NCBI GenBank assembly: GCA_012295275.1 | Contig: CM022671.1 | Location: 24,242,001-24,306,000 of the forward strand | Source of the DNA: Chrysomallon squamiferum | Taxonomy: Eukaryota; Animalia; Mollusca | Direction: 5' to 3' | DNA length: 64,000 nucleotides | Shown here: piece after piece, positions 48,421 through 62,834 of the stretch | Layout: each line of letters begins with the position of its first letter | How positions within the stretch are numbered: the first letter of the stretch is position 1 | Position numbers and translations under genes: made by a program | The notes under the pieces: generated by a model | Seen by the model: the letters and a program-made list of their open reading frames with translations, nothing else | Database searches by the model: none | Told to the model about the DNA's origin: nothing

Positions 48421-48795
48421 TATTATTATTTCTTGTTTCTATTTTGTTTTTGTTTTTTGTAAGTGCCTTTTCTTTTTTCTTTCGTTCTTTTTTTCTTTCT
48501 TTTTTTTTTTTTGCACTTGTGTTTGGCCTTTTCTCTTAATGATGCAACAACAGAAAGTAGGCTTAATATCATGTGGAAAGATAAATAAACAATAATGTAA
48601 ATCAATTAATTTTCAGTTTCTCAAAACATAATATATAACATAAGTGAAACTGTGATATGAGTATAGTTTATAGTCATTCTGTTATTATTAATAGTACCAA
48701 CAGTTGCAGGCAGAGTCAAACAATGTTCCTGGACTACACAAAGGATAATATTATAAAATATAAATGTTTGGGGTGAAATGACTTTCGTTACAAAA

Positions 48796-48854
<59 letters not shown>

Positions 48855-49582
48855 CGTTATCATGATGATGGTATGAAAAAAAAAACAAGTCAATAAAATA
48901 TAATTATGTTTTATTGAGTAATTCAGCCTTATCATTAACTTTTTACCTATCAGAATAAAACAAGCATTAATACAGCTTTACAAAATATTGGATTTCTAAC
49001 TACAACGTTGTTTTTCTCAACGCTGATATTTTTTGTTATTGCAGTGTTGTTATAAAATTAAACATTTTGTAATATGTTTTTTGATACGTTGGGAATTTCT
49101 TTTAGATTATCTTTTTATTATTAATATTATTATATCTTTTTTCTAGGTTTTTATGAAATTGTTTTATTTGGTGTTTTTTTATATATGTTTTTTTAGGTTG
49201 TATTTAGCCTTTCTTCTCAATGGGGCAACAACAGAAACACGTGTGAGAAATGACAATCATTACAAAATAAATAATAAAAATAACTAAATAAATAATAATA
49301 ACAAAAACAATGATGATGATGATGGCGACGATGATGATAACATAAAAGAACAAGTCAGTGAAATATAATTATATATTTTATTGAATAATTCAGCCTTATC
49401 ACTAATAGTTTACCTATCAAAATATTGGATTTCTAATTACAACGTTGTTTTTCTTAGCCCTAGTATGCTTGTAAGCATTTGCACTACTTATATATAAAAA
49501 GAAGAATGTTGAATTGTTTTTTGCTTTCTGTTGTTTTTTGTTGTTGTTGTTTTTCGAATATTCAGCAAGTCTTTTCAGGAGC

Positions 49583-52238
49583 TCAAGCGTTTTTGTTTCT
49601 GATTTTAAGATGTCCCCAAACGCTCACAGCATTGATCATCTTGTCGATATTTGCATCGGTACCTGGAAAAAATGAAAATAAGCCAATTAAAAAAAAAACA
49701 ACAACATTGGATTGATCAAATACAGTAAATAAATAAAATAAAATAAAATAATCTGACGAAAGTGTCATAGGATGGGTTATCAGTTCAAACGAAAAGCAAC
49801 CACATAAGAGCACCAACCATGTTTCAGGCCATCATTGTAATCTTTGAACTTTAAATAAATTCGTTGACTGAGTTTATACATTTTATATTTTCCTAAATAT
49901 TTGAAGGTTTGTTTTTTCGTGTTACATCTAAGACAAGATACAAATCTGTCTTACCTGTTGTAACAGTCGTTGCATCGAATATCGGTCTTTGTCCACAGAA
50001 TCTAGCAAGATCGGCGTGTTCGGTAACAAAGTTAGCTCTCGTGTCTGAAGTCATGGGAAACATGGCGGTCACGTAGTCCAAAATTTCTGCACCAATGACA
50101 AACTTTCCGGTAGCCTGAGAAGTTAAAAAGAGATGTTTAAAATATATAAAACGTGATTTTATTTTACGTAACAAAACCAATCAAAGGTTTTCATTTTCTT
50201 CTCCTTAAATTTCTAATAAATGTGGAATAAATACGAAACTGTTGGAAATAATTTTAAAAGAAATTACATTTGTAGATGCATAGAAACACAAACATACACT
50301 GACAACAGGTACACAAACATTCGTTTAAAATTTGAAATGATTTATAATTAATAAATTATAACACAATATACTCTGTAAAACTATGAAAAAGAAACAAAGA
50401 AAGAAAGGATAAATCTACTGACACGAAAAAACTTAACTTAAAAAGAAACCATACTTACATTGTTAGCAGACAGTTTGCTAAGAGTTTCAGCGTACGTCAT
50501 CTGAGCAGGAATGATGTAGCAAGGTTCAGCTCCACGATTGAATCCAAAACCATTTCGGCCGCCTAGTCCAATTCCTTGACCTAGACCACGTCCTTGACCA
50601 ACACCACGTCCTTGACCTAGACCAAGCCCTTGACCTAGACCACGTCCTTGACCGAGACCACGTCCTTGACCGCGACCAATTCCTTGACCGTTTCCTTGAC
50701 CCAGACCACTTCCTTGACCTCCTCTTCTTCCTTGTCCTGGAAATCGTCCTGCAAATCGTCCTCTTCCAGCTCCAGTCCCGGGCTGGTTGTTGAATGGGAA
50801 GAGAGGACTTCGTCCTGGGATCGGAATAACTGCAACTAGTCCCTGTGGGTGGTACAAATGTTACTGAGTGTATTTTATAAATGTTTATACATAAACAACA
50901 GTTTTTAATTTTAGCAGCAAAAACAACAAATATTTTATTGGTTTGTTGTTTTTCCTTTTGATATGTTAAACTAGTTTCACAGGTGAATGGTTACTTGCTG
51001 GATGTTCCACGTATAAGATATTAACAATTAAAGATATGATCAATTAGAAGAAAATCTGGAGAAAACAGATAATTACGACACTAGAAAATATTCCTCTACT
51101 TTGACTCTTTCTTTCTTTCTTATTTATTTATTTATTTATTTAGTTAGTTAGTTAGTTAGTTATGGGACAAAACATTTATTTCATATACATTTACAAACGT
51201 TAAATAAAATCTTTATTCATTCGGCATGCTTTAAAATCAATAGAGAGCTGTTCATAATTTTGTATTACTATTTATATCAGTTATTTAACTTACTGCATTG
51301 TCTTGCATCATTATGGTCGTGTTGTAGCCAGCATTTGCAAGTGCGATGTCAGCGGACCAAAAGTTGATAGTTTGGCTGTCCGGGTCAGGGTGTGCTCTTT
51401 GCTGTACTTCAGTTTGTGCCTGGTCGTCAAGAACTAAGGTCCATCTGTATGCGTTCCTTTGTCGTTCTTCCTATAAGAAAGAGTAAAATGAATCGTACCA
51501 ATGTCAGTAATAATTATTATTTCCATTACTCTGTTACCATCAGCATTACTTATCTTTACCATTATTGCTACCAGCATTAACGATAAGACTACTATTACTA
51601 CTACTAATAGTAATAATAATAAGAAGAAGAAGAAGAAGAAGCAAAATAAATAAATAAATAAATCCACAAAGTAATTAATAAATATTGCAATCAACGCATC
51701 AAAATAAATTTAATTCGTTGTAGATATTGGTTTTCAATTGTATTGTTAAATAATTAACACATTTTCAGAATAAGCGTCATTGGTTAGAGAATATCATCAA
51801 CATTTAAAATGAAACTGCTTGAAAACATTAGATATTAAAAGACGTTTCAAACTGTTTTAGTTTATAAAACAATTTGTAGAAGGCAATTTGTTTGTTGTAA
51901 CTTTAGAATACATTAATTTATTGTTTTAAAACTTTAAAAAAAAATATTTTAAGTTTTAGCTTCTTGGTTTAGAACATTCGTCGCTTAGTTAAAACTGAAG
52001 AAATAAAAATTAACGTATGATCAAGATAAGGAAAGTTGGAAAAACAAAGTAATTACGGTGAAAATATAAACAATGGTATACGTCAATAAACTGAATGAAT
52101 GATACTTACTCGTCCTTGTTGTCTCAGTTTCTGTCGTTCAGCTCTTAGCTTAGCTCTTTCTTCCCATCTCTGATTCACGTTCTGTGACAGAACGCATCCT
52201 ACGAGCAAAATCACTCCGATGATGATGCACAACTTCAT
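49583..52238 (-). CDS. Gly/Arg/Gln-repeat BRICHOS-like secreted protein, copy 4 (309 aa)
   Basis: Exons 52238-52110, 51470-51294, 50842-50459, 50114-49955, 49662-49583 in frame. Confidence 0.85.
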
Positions 52239-54039
52239 AACTGCTGGATCTCTTAAAGAATGTCTTCGTTTCTTCTTAGACTTCTTCTGTCGTCTGCAAG
52301 CTTGTCTTGAGATTTCTTGAGTCGTCTGCCTTATATATATATACACGTGTTCGTGATGGATGTTTACAGGTGACAGAACTGTTTTCATTGGCTATGACGC
52401 TAGAGGTGTAATTGCTGACGTTGTTTTTAGTCAGGTTTTAGATCATGCGTGTACAATTTTAAATTCACCTGGATATTAAGACAGTTATGGCTATAATAAA
52501 TTTGAAAATATGAAAGATTTACGACCGTCTTATTTGATAATAAAGCCCACCCTTAATTTTGTACTTTTTTTAAAAAATATATATATGTACATTTTTTTTT
52601 TTTTTTTTGGTGGTGTGGGGGAAGAAAAACAACTACCATTGCGCAAGTTAATACATATTATTTTTTTCTCTCATGGTATGGCTCATTTTGGTACAGAATT
52701 ATGCAAATCACAAAACGATCAAAGAGTTAGTGCTGAGTAAAGATTTTATAAAATATCTTACGAGTGAAACACTGATAAGGAAAAATATAATAAAAGAGCT
52801 AGTAGTAATATTAGCACCAGTGATAAAAGTACATATCTATGGCATAAAAAGAAATTCACTTTTTATTTTAATTTCTAAAAACAGTCAATTAAATAAATAT
52901 GTATTTATCTCTTATTGTAAATCATTATGTAAACCAAAATATCTTGAGAAGAAATGCACACTGTCTCGAAAATAAATTAGCATGGATGGATCTAGGTAAT
53001 ATATTTTATTAGAATAGTTCAGTGTTTTATGTTTATACATTTTTTTTGTTTTGTTTTGTTTGTTTGTTTGTTTTTGTTGTTGTTTTTTAAAATTATTATT
53101 ATCAGTATAATATTATTATCCAATTAATTAATTTCAAAAGCTGTCTCTCTTTTGTTTAAGTATTCTCTTATATCTTCTTTATTTAATTTTTGTATTTGTG
53201 TGTGGCTTTATATACAATGTTTGTTTGTGTTATTTTCTGTGTATTTTTTGATGTTGTATTTATATTTTAATTTATTTGATGTTTGTTTTTCTTATTTTAC
53301 TTTGTATTCTGTCTTTATCTAGAAATTTACAATCAGTTACAATTACGGTATTCCTTTTCTTAATTCCTGTAATCTTTTAATCCTTGGGAGGGAATATAAT
53401 ATTCTGTAATAGATATAAACTGACTTTACGAATTCATTTGTTTCGAGGTCTCATTTGAAAAGCAGAAATGCAAATTTCTATAAACATAATATAATAAAAC
53501 GGGGTTATTTTCTTAGCAATAAACAAAAAGGAAAACAAAAAAAATCTTGATTCCTATGAGTGAAATAAAACAAAATATTTTACGTAGATATTTACGTATA
53601 TATTGATTTATTTGCGTAATAATAATATATATATATATATGTTTTTTTTGTGGGTTTTTTAGTGGCAATATATATAAACAGAAAAAGTGTTTAGTCATCG
53701 TGTTCACTGGGCGTCATTCTTGTCTTTTTATTCAGATGAGTTATTGCTTAAAGCAAGAATTGTGTCTTTTCTGTAGCTACTTTCTGTAGCAGATTTCATA
53801 AACATTTTTTTCGAGGTTTGCGATACAGGTTTTTTTCAGTATAGTCAATGTTTGCCGCCTATTAGTTCCTGCTGCTAACGTTTGTATTATTGAGAAAGCC
53901 GATAATTCTTAAAGCCTGAATTCATAAGAGGGTAATTTCTGTATGTGATTCTGATTTCAAATTTGAAATAGCAGTCGTTACTTTATTTTAATAGAAGTGG
54001 ATAACTGTTTTATTTATTTATTTATTTATTTATTTATTA

Positions 54040-54094
<55 letters not shown>

Positions 54095-54911
54095 TAATAC
54101 AAAATTCCAATCATTTCAGTTGTTACAGTTTTACTTGTTTTCTGCTGTTGTTGATGTAATAAGTGTATATATATATATATATGTGTATGACTGAGTAGGT
54201 GTTTGTATTTTTGTGTGTGTGTGCGTGTTCCGTCTGTTCATTATTTTATATTACAGGAGATTATTGTTTATCTTCGTTATCATAATTATTGTTGTTGAAA
54301 TTATTTTTGAGAAGATATTTGACATACTGAAATTTTAATATCAAATCTGCATCCTGGCTCTCGTTTCATCATCATCATATCAGAATCATTTCATCATCAT
54401 CATGATTATGATTATTATTGGTCTCCTTCTTCTACTACTTCTATTTCTTCTTCTTCTTCTTTTATTTATTATTTCCGACTATGAAGTTTTCAGGCTCATT
54501 ACTCATCATTATATTGTAATTTATAGTGGTTTTTCTGGGGGTGGTATGTGTGTGGGTTTTTTTAGTTTTTTATGGTGTTTTTTTTTTAAATTAAAAAAAA
54601 AAATTAAAATTAAATATTTGAAACGGCCTTACATTAAGATTAAGCAGAGACAGGTAATACATCATTAAGATTGGAAAGGTGTAAATATATTTACTTTGAA
54701 AACAGTGACCAACTTACCATATGTAATTAATCATGTTTTGTTTTTTCTCTTTCGGTTTTTTGATTCGTCATGCTGTCTACGTGGTTAATGAAAACAGTTT
54801 AATTTAGAACTAAAAGACGCAGTTTAGAGAAAGTTTTCTTTGGTCATTATGAAAATACAAAACTTCAAATAATGTTGCTGGTTTGTACAATGTATTTTAA
54901 AAAGAAAAGAA

Positions 54912-54951
<40 letters not shown>

Positions 54952-55070
54952 AAAGAAAAGGAAATACCAAAATAATATTTTTATTATTGTTGGTGTTGCA
55001 ATAAAATTAAATATTTTTTAATATGTATTTTGATAAGTTGTGGAATTTCTTTTAGATTATCGTTTTATTA

Positions 55071-55809
55071 CAATGGTACCTTGACTTACGAGTTTCATTC
55101 ATTCAGTGACCGAGCTCGTAACTCAATTTGCTCGTATATCTCATAAATTTTACCAGCTGAAATTAACTGAAATACCATTAATCTGTTCCAACCCCCCCAA
55201 AGAAAACCCACCCCAATGCTTTTGTAATGTATTTTTATATAAGAAAAATATATTTATAAATGACAAATATTGTATAAAAAAACAAAATAAAAGACAATGT
55301 AAAGAAATAAATTGGTTTTGTAAAGTGTATTTATCTTGGAGATCAGACAAATTATTTTAACCCCTTTGGCTGGAGCTAAAGCCTTTGTTGACTCCTTCTG
55401 TGTCAGTATGGTAGATATTGTAGAAGTACTATCTTCGTACTGCCTAGTTGATGGTTTTTTTTATAATTTCATGCTTTATTTCAATGTACATGATCCACTT
55501 CTTCTTTTTAGCACTGTCCTTAGAACACAGTTTCTTAGAATCACAGAAAAAAGAAAGTTCGCAAAATACTGCACAAAACGCTAGCACAACACAATAGAGA
55601 TGTTTTCACGGCTAGGTAACTACGTGATGTAAAAGAGTGAGTCGCGGGATGCTGCGCGGATGCTGTGTTGTTCGTTGCGCCAACTACGGCGGCTATTTGA
55701 AGTGCTCGTAATTCAGATTTAGCCTTGCAACTCAAAGAAAAAACTCAACCGGCTGCTCATAACTCGGAAAACTCGTACGTTGGTGCACTCATAAGTCGAG
55801 GTACCACTG
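55071..55809 (-). mobile_element. Internally deleted Tigger/pogo-family DNA transposon
   Basis: TIRs CAATGGTACCTTGACTTACGAG / (revcomp) CAGTGGTACCTCGACTTATGAG with TA on both flanks. Minus-strand remnant KHEIIKK...STISTILTQKESTKALAPAKG (~55475-55360) resembles the CENP-B-type N-terminal HTH of Tigger transposases. Confidence 0.85.
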
Positions 55810-56570
55810 TATTATTATTAATAGTAGTAGTAGTAGTGTTGTTGTTGTTGTTGTTATTGTTTTTCTTCTTTTTTTGACGGTGAAATGACGTACGTTACAT
55901 AATAAATAAATAAAATGAAAATAGCTGCTGTTGTTTTTATTATTTATAATGATTATAAATTTGTTAAAGTAAAGGCTGTATATAATAAATTCATAATACA
56001 GATTCTCGATTTGTATTAAAATAACCAAGTAACTTTTGAAGAAAAAGGTCATTATAACTGAAGGGAGATAATCGCATTTTTCTTACCGAACATGTAAGTT
56101 CGACTGACACTCGAATTTATTATTATCAACTAAATGTGTCGTAGGTTTTATATTAGTAAAATAGTTTGGTTAGTGAATTTTCTTATCGATTTGGACGCAG
56201 CAGTTCAGAACTAATTTTTGGTTACAAGTTATCTGAAACGGCAATATAGGCTAAGTGCGCATGAATGATCGTCTGCTTACAAAATGAAAACATATTAAAT
56301 ACTGAATAACTGAATATAAAGTAATAAAACTGCAAAACAAAACACTCAGATTTCAACATTAAATGTAATCTGTTTTTTACTTTTTATTTTAACCGATAAA
56401 GAATTAAAAAGATAGAACAAAATTAAATTAAAAAAAAAGAAGAAATGTTTTAATTATAAATAATATATTAAAAACAAATTTAAAGTAGCAGCATTTCGCT
56501 ATACATTTGTAGTTTAATAAAAGTGAATGAATGTTTGTGTACATTAGTTTTATTTACATATTTATTTATT

Positions 56571-56603
<33 letters not shown>

Positions 56604-56673
56604 TTAAATTTTATTTTTCAGTTTCTCCAGGAAATCTGCATACAGTTCTGAAATAAAAAACTAAGCTCTAGAG

Positions 56674-58815
56674 ATGCAGGTTATGAAAACAGAGCATAGC
56701 ATTTATTCTTTTTTCTCTTTTTTTTTCTTTTTTTTTTTTATCTAACAATAACATAAACAATAGCTTTCAAAAGCAGTATATCTTAATATATTTAATATTT
56801 GCATGTATCATTTAAAATGACAGAGTATGTACATTTGGCATCCTTTATCAGAAATGCCTGTCTGCAGAATGTATTGGATTTTGGATTATAAGATGACAAT
56901 CTGAAAATAATATCAAAATTTAAATTAGAAATCAATTAGTATTTGATATGTCTTTGTGGAGTTTTGATAGAATATTTGTATTCATTTTGCACTTAGTACC
57001 AAATTTTTGAATATAAAAAGCTAAAAACTATCACCACAAAGCTCAGATACTCAAATAAGGCTTAGAATTTTGAATGTTTTAAGATTTCTTAATTTTGGTT
57101 AAGGGATCTTCAATCTGTAATTTTTATAATATTCATACAGATTTAATATGTTTGGTATCCTTTTATCCTTCATTATAGCATAAATGTGTTTTTCCAAATG
57201 AAATAAATATTACTGACTCATTCAGAATTATACATTTTTATTTTTTTAAATAATTTTATTCTGACTTCTAAAACATATTTGATGGAAGTTATTATTATAT
57301 ATTTTTTTTTTTTTTTCTAATTAACAGCAATCTAATCTGAGGAATCGTCCACCCCCAGCACCCATTTTCAATCATAAGAAAAGACAACGTCAGGCCATGT
57401 TTGTTGATCCTCAAACCAGTGATGGTCCTTCATCAAGTGCAAGTGGACCAAGTATATCTAATATGTTACTCTGTCATGGTTTTTCTTTTTTGCAGATAAT
57501 TTAATAGATTAGACCATTCATTTGTTCATCTGAAACCACCTCATAATTTTTGCCTAAGAAACAGTAATGTTTCTACTTATGCATTTACAGTTTAATACAT
57601 TATAATAAACAACTGTAATTTCAAATCCAAAATCCATCAAAATATTTAAAAATAGAATTGTATATAGATATAAAATCATAAAGTTATTTTTACTTTATCA
57701 TTTCTGCTGTTGTCACATATGTAATGACTTCTTTTTTTATATATTTGGTGACCTAACTTTTTGGTGATTATTTTTCCATATTGTTTTGATTTTACATACA
57801 TATTCATTTTTTATTACAGATGTTTAAACAAAATTAACCATTTTTATTTTTCAGTTTGATATTTGTGATTTGGTTTAATAGAGATGGGAATAAAATTTAA
57901 TGTACTTAAACCTTTATTATTTAGATCTAATGCCAGTTTGTGGATTCAAAAATAGAAACATAGCAAATCAAATGGATTGTTCAAAGAATTTCCAGTCATC
58001 TTCAAATTATGCTGGAAACAATCAGAAATTCATTTACAACAATAGCGTATTTAAACAACAAAATAATCAAAATGAAAACGGAAGAATTGAGATTCAAAGA
58101 TCAAATCAAAATAACAAGCCACAAAACAGTTGGAATCAACTGGGTATGAAAGGCAGTTACCAGCCAGGACCTCCTCACACAACTGTGAAAAGAGCTTGGC
58201 AGAATCAAAGAGGTATGAAACTTTAAAATACCATAACTGTTTAATTTGTTGATTAAACCCAAAATAAAGTAATTTCAACATTTCTGCTTTGTTTTGATAA
58301 ATCTACAACAGAATGTATTTACTATCAAAAATGTATTGATTGATTCATTTTGTATTCCAAAATAAATATTAACTACTGCTATCCCAAACCTGGAATATCT
58401 CTTTCAGACAGTGAGAATTATTTGAATCCAGAAAAGATGGGTGATGTGTGTGATTATAACATGAATGACAGCTTTGGAAATAATTCTTCAAAACAGTTTC
58501 AGCAGACTGAAAATAGAGCACTTCTGTACAATAACCAGGGTCAAAGGTTGTAAACATTTTGTATTTTAAATAATAAAATGAAATACTCTTTTGAATTCAT
58601 AACAATAATTCTTTTTGAAATATTTAAAATGCATAGATTAATAATGAGCAGGTTTTTTTAAAATAATATATTACAGTTTCTTACTTCACAGAAGAAAATA
58701 TATTTAGCTAAATATAAATTTCATTTAATTTAGTAATATTAGAACTGTTAATGTTGTTTTGAGATTCATAATTTGTTCTTTCTTTTCTTTTTTTTTTATT
58801 TTTATTTTTTTATTA

Positions 58816-58852
<37 letters not shown>

Positions 58853-60982
58853 TTGTTGTTGTTGTTTTGTTGTTGATAAACAACACTCAGAGTGGTAATT
58901 AAAGGTGGAATCAACAATTCATCTTCTGGTGGTAAAATGAAACCATCAAATACTTCCATCAAAAACACATGGGGAGGAGGTCCAACACACAAGGGTCCAA
59001 TATGCCAGACATGGCCAGCATCTCAGTGTAACAAGGATCATTTTAGTCCAAAACAACCAGCTGACTTGAGAATGAAACAGAATGTACGTCAAATTGTTTT
59101 CATTTTAATATTCAGTTTACACATCAGTAAATAATCCAATAGAGGAATAATGAAACTAGTAAATATGACTTTTAGTTTTAATGTTTTCTAAATTTATGCT
59201 TTTGCCTTTAAATTAATATTGAAATGTGATAAATTTTAATACAGTTGCTTCAGCTAGCATTCTTTTTTTCCTTAGCTTGTTTTAATATGTTCCATAAATT
59301 ATTACTCCATTTTATTTTCATTAAACTGTTGTCTGATTCATTTGTTAAACAAATGTATTGGAATCGTGCAATATCACAATGAAGGCTTTGATTGTAAACA
59401 TATTTAGTCAAAACATCTTTTAATGTCCAGACTCATTGCTAAATTATATTCTCCATATATTTGCAACAGAAACTATTAATTAATAATAATATTTCTCCTT
59501 ATGGAAAGAAGGTCCAATTGCCAACATTTTCAGGAAAAGAAATAAGCAGTCAGTGGAAAAAGGTAAAAACTGATGATGTTGACAGAAGTCTTAAAGTTCT
59601 CACATTGTCTACAACAAACATCAACAAATGGCATCAGATAAACAATCAGCTTTGTCCTGTACTTTTTGAAGTTTTTGGTAAGATTTATATTTAAGTTATT
59701 AATATTAAATTCATAAACAATTTCATAAGTACTTAACTGATGTTTTGAAATAACTGAAGAAATAAAGAATTTAACAGATTAGTGAATTCGTTATCAAATT
59801 ATCTATGACACTTTTAATTCTTTATTGTAGTTTTAATTTATTTATTTAACTCATGTTGAATGTTATAAAATATCCGTCATAAAAAAATAAATAAGTAAGT
59901 AAAAATATAAAAATATATAAATAATTGCTTTTTGTTTAATATTTTTATTTATTGAACTTTTTTCTTTTTTTTTCTTTTCTTTTATATTATAAATTTTCTG
60001 TTAAATTATATAGCTGATGTGTTTGTATCTTTTCTTAGGTATAATTGATTCTGCTGTTCTGAGAGATAATACAGGAACAGGGAAACAGTTCTTGCTAAGA
60101 GATGAAGAAGACAAATTACAATGTGTTTTCTATGAAATAGTAAGAGAAATATTTTATAAATTCAGTTCAAATAGTATTTCAAAATCTTACTGTAGAAATA
60201 AATAAGTGGGTAATAACAAAATAATTATTTTAAGATCTGATTTCCAAGCTTGCTGTCATTGTTAATCATTTCCTGTTTACGGTCTGATCTTACAATCTGT
60301 CTTTAAAACAGACTATTTAATTGTAATTACATCACATATTTGTCAGCCTTCAAATATAAAATATTCAGTTTCAGTTTATCTTTCTATTGTGTTAATTAGC
60401 ATTTACTTCATATTTTAGGACCGTGAATTGCCAAGACTAATTCGAGGACAGTGGCACAGGTAAGTTTAAATCATTTTTTAAATAATTTTTTAAATCCCTG
60501 AAAATTATTTTACACATTTTAATACATTACCAAGAACATTCTGACTGATGAGTTTATGAACAGTTATGGGCATAAAGGTTAGAGAATATTAAAATAACCA
60601 ATTTTAAAGAAGAATGTAGTTTTTCACCATATTTGTGGCAAATATAAGATAAACAAATTTCATTTATATTTTATTGATCTAAAATATTATACTTTAAAAT
60701 GTTTTGCGTTGAAATACATTGTAAATGTTATTAATAAATAAATCAATCCAAATAATCATAAAAATATAAATAATCAATAATTTTGAAGTCACATAAATTG
60801 CATTCATTAATAAACAGTCTGATCATTTCAGATGTGTAGGATCAGTTGACAGCCAGTCTGGTATATTGAAGTGTGTATCTGTACGACCAGCTGCGAACGA
60901 AGAGAGACAGATGGCAAAATCATCAAAACAAGCCTGTGAAAAGAGTTTGATGAATTTAATACAACAGAGCAGAGAGCAGTAA
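56674..60982 (+). CDS. SPATA22: Spermatogenesis-associated protein 22 (meiotic OB-fold partner of MEIOB)
   Basis: Exons approx 56674-56679, 57328-57451, 57925-58212, 58408-58546, 58891-59083, 59512-59677, 60039-60139, 60419-60459, 60832-60982. N-terminal PAPIFNHKKRQR and C-terminal LFEVFGIIDSAV...FLLRD...CVFYEIDRELPRLIRGQWHRCVG...CVSVRPA match SPATA22 signature motifs as I recall them. Confidence 0.92.
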
Positions 60983-62326
60983 CTTACTTGTACACTGACA
61001 TTTGTTTAGTTCATATCTTTGTCCTTGATGTTAAAATTGATAACAGTTGTTACGAATAAGAATATTTGTTTTGTCATTCTGATTTGAGAAATTCATAACT
61101 AAGCCAAGAGTATAGAAAACATGAATACAAATTATATTTAGATTATATGAAATATAATTTATATTTATTTGTTAAAATAATCTTCTTACTTGTTTTTATA
61201 TAATTTTTTAACAAGCATTACTTGTAAATGCAGGCCAAGAGCTTAAGTTTGAAATTTATTGTTTTTATTACCCTTATTATTAATATTGTGAGAAAGTGGT
61301 TTTCACACCAACTTATACATGAAATCCAGTACAGCAAAACGAATGTCATATGTATATATTATAATAAATTCATTATTAGATAGGAAAACTTAAATTTTCA
61401 AAACTGTTGTCCTCATTTCTTTTATCAAGAATATCTTTTAACAGTATATGATATCTTTCAATCTGCTCAAGCCTGTAAAATGGACAACTAATCTTGATAA
61501 TTAATCTGAAACAAAGAAACAAACAGCTAACATACTTGTTTGTTGTTAATTTACATATGTACACAAGCTGGTTCTGAAATCTATGATTTATTTAGTTCAG
61601 CACATCAAACTTTGTTTCTGTTATTTATTATAATTAGTGAAAATTGGCAGTTATTGTCTTAAATGCAATTTAAAAAAAAATATATTATAGTTTTTTAAAA
61701 CTTAGTTCAGTGCATGTCAGACTCTGCTGCTTCAATTCTGAGCAATAATTTATACTTGCTTCGTTATAAATCTTTCACAATTTTTTGTCACCATCAGATT
61801 TCTTCTATCATAAATTTTTAGTTTGTCTTTTCTATTATTAGTTTTACTGTACTGGATTTTAAATAGGTTCTCAGGATCAAAGTGGTCAATGTTAAACCTT
61901 GGGCATTTGGACTAGCCAACAGGTTGATAAAATTTAATGTCTACAAATCAGCAGGTCAGCAAACACCGGTGTTGGTTGTACTGGTGTAACAAACTTGTGA
62001 TTAACACGATTTTTGGAAATTGTCATAGTTTATTTACTTTTAAATAGAGAAATGTGTTATTGATAGTGTGTATTTATTTATTTTATATGTTTTGGTGTCA
62101 AAGACAGATGAAAGATTCCAAGAAGAGATCTAAAAGTTTGCCAATCCCTGATCTGGGTGTCACCATGTAGTGTTTATTGAAAACTATTTAGTAATTAAAA
62201 AGTTACAATTTTTCTAATTAAATTTGTTTTATTTGTTTGTTGTTGTTTAGTTTGTTTTATTTGTTTGTTGTTGTTTTTTTTTATTATTATTATTTTTTTT
62301 TTTTTTTTATATAATCCACATTATAC

Positions 62327-62510
62327 CAGTGGTTCCCAAAGTTTGACGAGCCAAGCCGCGTAAAGTACAAGTTTCTAACACAATTTTAGAACATGAACAA
62401 TGCCAGTATGTCCTGCTCATTAATATATTTGATAAAACAAGTCAAGATTTAATTAATAATTTATTTTGTGTTGCCGGAATTCTTGGCTAACGACATTCTG
62501 GAAAACCCTG
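62327..62510. mobile_element. Short hAT-like MITE
   Basis: Ends CAGTGGTTCCCAAA / (revcomp) CAGGGTTTTCCAGAA; 8-bp flanks CATTATAC and TTTTATAC (6/8 identical) are consistent with an 8-bp TSD. Confidence 0.55.
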
Positions 62511-62783
62511 TTTTATACCTTCATCCGTTGCACGTAAAATGTATATATGAAACGATTGTAATTACTTCTTCATGTTGCAGGGAATTGCTTTCATTTAATG
62601 TGTTGTTATTATTATCACTATATATATATATATAATTAAAATAAATATTTCAAAAGTAAACCATTAATATTGACGTAGATATAATTATTACAGACACGTA
62701 TAAATAAAATAAATAAATGCAATGTTATTTTTCGAACTTGTTCAACCAGTGCGTAACCGACGCGCAATTCATCCCCGTCCATT

Positions 62784-62834
<51 letters not shown>

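Larger units (their letters stand above)
28150..55068. repeat. Tandem segmental array of four ~6.3-7.5 kb units
   Basis: ATGs at 31383, 37718, 45229, 52238. Introns, promoters and intergenic blocks (e.g. CTGTAGCTACTTT, GTGTTTGCCGCCTATTAG, AAAAGACGCAGTTT) recur in each unit. Boundaries approximate. Confidence 0.9.

Noticed and set aside
29690-50740. 18-bp repeats as a CRISPR-like array
   Set aside because: Units are contiguous with no unique spacers, lie in frame within a eukaryotic exon, and there are no cas genes.
52239-52388. N-terminal extension of copy 4 in the ORF track
   Set aside because: It runs through the TATA box and 5' UTR; MKLC is the start shared by all copies and begins the signal peptide.
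61376-62790. Minus-strand fragments LEQIERYHILLKDIL (faintly RhoGEF DH-like) and MDGDELRVGYALVEQVRK
   Set aside because: Too short, and no coherent exon chain could be built within the window.
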